26,462 bases of DNA from a virus. Lineage: Duplodnaviria; Caudoviricetes. The stretch covers positions 1-26,462 of the IMG/VR virus record IMGVR_UViG_3300017778_000665; one strand, given 5' to 3'. A model generated the notes under the pieces. The model saw only the letters and a list, made by a program, of their open reading frames with translations. It was not told the DNA's origin and did no database searches. How positions within the stretch are numbered: the stretch's first letter is position 1; each line of letters starts with the position of its first letter. Below, one piece after another: positions 24,751 to 26,462 of the stretch. A program made the position numbers and the translations under genes.

Positions 24751-26462
24751 TATGGTAAGTTATTAATTAATAAATAAAAAATATTCCCATTCTTTGTCAA
24801 TAGTGCAGTGCTGCCAGGGCTTCCACTCATTATAAGTCCGTTAGGTGTTATCTCTGTTTTTCCTGTTCCAGTTAGCTGAAATGATATATTGGCATCCCCG
24901 ACTTTAGTATAGCTAGCTATAAAATCATTTTTTGTTGATACTGTATTTGCGGTAATTGTAACTGCTGTTGCCACGTTACTAATCATTACATTCCTTCCGT
25001 CTTGAGAATAAGCTATACCATTAGACATTCCATTTGTCTCAGTTGTTATTGCATTTGAAGGAAAAACAGTTATTAATATATTGTAAGCTGGCCCACCTAA
25101 TCCAACCTGTCTATCAACATAAGCGGTCGTAGCTAATAATGTTGAATTATTTGAAGCAGCAGGTGTTACAGATGATGCTGGTGTAAAACTAAATGTTTTT
25201 GCTCCAGCTATTGTCTGCGTGCCTGTTGTAATTACCCCTCTCGCTCCTGCTCCTGCATCAGGTACATTTAATGTTATTACAGGAGTTGTTGTGCTATTTG
25301 TAACGCTTGAACTTAAATTATCCGCAAAATTAGAAGTTAGTATTAATGCAGCAACAGATGTTACTGTACCACTTCCTCCACCCCCGCTAGCCGCTGCCCA
25401 AGTACCATCACCCCTCCAAAAAGTTGATGAAGTAGCACCAGTTCCTGAGTTAAGGTTTGTTACGGGTAGGTTTCCTGATACGTGAGTTGATAGACCTATC
25501 TTACCCCATGAAGGAGCAACACCAATACCACCAGAGATTAAAGAGTTACCTGTTGCAACACCCACTAACTTAGATAAAGCTGTACTTGTAGATGCGTATA
25601 GGATGTCACCAACAGTATAAGACGACTGCCCTGTCCCCCCATTTGCTGCCACTAAAGTTCCTGATAATGTAATTGCTCCTGTGGTAGGAGTATTAGGAAT
25701 CAGCCCTGTTGTTCCTCCAGATAGTGTAGTAACTGCTGATGTTAGGTATGTACTAGAATCTAAAGAATATGTTCCGCCAACTACTTTTACGAATGATGGT
25801 CCAGAACTAATACTTAGAGCAGATATTGATGTTAGATTTGCATTAAGTGGTTGCTTTCCACTAAATTGTGTTTGTATAGCACTTGTAACTCCTTTTAGAT
25901 AAGTCAATTCAAATGGACTTGCATGTGTGAGTGTACTAAGACCACTGACCGTACCTGAAGAACTAACACCTAATATTAATTCACTACCCACAGATGGAAT
26001 AAGTATATTTGAACCAAATGTTTTAGTTCCTGCAAATGTTTGACTTCCTGTTGTAACTACACCTCTTGCGGTTGCACTTGCAGAAGGTAAATTAAATGTG
26101 TGTGTACTTCCACTTGAATTAATAGCGAAGTCTGAACCTGTTGTTCCTACTGCTAATGTCTGTGTTGGCTGTGTAATTCCGTTAATAGAAACTATACCCC
26201 CAACAAAATTAGTTAGTATTTCACAAAGGTTACCATCTTCAGTGTGCAATGTCACACTGTGACCACCGCTTGAATTAATGGCTATAACTCTAATTGCAAA
26301 CCTGTCAGTTGCCAATAAAGTAGTTTGTGGAATAGCTAGATTTGTAATATATAAATTAGTGTTTGTATTTGTTTGTAGGTTAATTGGAACTAAAATATTA
26401 CTAGCTATTGATGTAAACGCTCCGTTATATTTATACAACTCCACATAAACCTTAGTACTTGA
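24750..26462 (-). CDS. Tail fibre protein, 5'-truncated by the window edge
   Basis: The frame stays open upstream of the GTG at 26444 to the window edge (...[12 protein letters not shown]). Thr/Ser/Gly-rich, with fibre motifs ANGGTG...[20 protein letters not shown] and [11 protein letters not shown]. Confidence 0.75.
   Translation of the reverse strand, partial: SSTKVYVELYKYNGAFTSIASNILVPINLQTNTNTNLYITNLAIPQTTLLATDRFAIRVIAINSSGGHSVTLHTEDGNLCEILTNFVGGIVSINGITQPTQTLAVGTTGSDFAINSSGSTHTFNLPSASATARGVVTTGSQTFAGTKTFGSNILIPSVGSELILGVSSSGTVSGLSTLTHASPFELTYLKGVTSAIQTQFSGKQPLNANLTSISALSISSGPSFVKVVGGTYSLDSSTYLTSAVTTLSGGTTGLIPNTPTTGAITLSGTLVAANGGTGQSSYTVGDILYASTSTALSKLVGVATGNSLISGGIGVAPSWGKIGLSTHVSGNLPVTNLNSGTGATSSTFWRGDGTWAAASGGGGSGTVTSVAALILTSNFADNLSSSVTNSTTTPVITLNVPDAGAGARGVITTGTQTIAGAKTFSFTPASSVTPAASNNSTLLATTAYVDRQVGLGGPAYNILITVFPSNAITTETNGMSNGIAYSQDGRNVMISNVATAVTITANTVSTKNDFIASYTKVGDANISFQLTGTGKTEITPNGLIMSGSPGSTALLTKNGNIFYLLINNLP

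Noticed and set aside
1936-25902. Numerous 60-110 aa plus-strand ORFs and nested minus-strand ORFs in the track
   Set aside because: Nearly all lie wholly within long minus-strand genes and none has recognisable motifs. They are antisense or alternate-frame shadows.
1-26462. Stop-codon reassignment (TAG or TGA) as in some crAss-like phages
   Set aside because: The standard code gives full-length, tightly packed genes. TAG (1327, 8617, 11089) and TGA (17391, 20444) act as real stops directly before the next gene or a terminator.
1-26462. tRNA, rRNA, CRISPR array, integrase or transposase
   Set aside because: Intergenic gaps are all under about 65 nt and are accounted for by promoters, terminators or start contexts. 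No spaced repeat array or recombinase motifs were seen.

Overview
The whole window is one minus-strand virion-morphogenesis block of a crAss-like (Crassvirales-related) podovirus. The host is most likely a Bacteroidota/Flavobacteriia member, inferred from TAnnTTTG promoter boxes, SD-less A-rich start contexts and Bacteroidota-type protein modules. In transcription order (right to left) the genes are: partial tail fibre, a FISUMP/FN3/LamG-like fibre, small hypotheticals, another fibre, a tandem GroES-like co-chaperonin, putative TerS, TerL, portal, an inserted collagen/CBM fibre gene, scaffold-like protein, major capsid protein, a conserved virion protein, two ring proteins, muzzle (tail nozzle), an FN3+FISUMP protein, a detached muzzle C-terminal part, a GNAT-like protein, an Ala-rich ejection protein and the start of a second ejection protein. 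The most unusual feature is an apparently split muzzle gene. The gap between its halves holds an adhesin-like cassette in which two near-identical, codon-aligned FN3-like repeats (826 bp apart) each precede a different AT-rich tip domain, which looks like a recombinational tip-swapping module. All product calls come from motif recognition and gene order; no database search was run. No RNA genes, CRISPR arrays, introns/inteins, DGR reverse transcriptase or genetic-code reassignment were seen.
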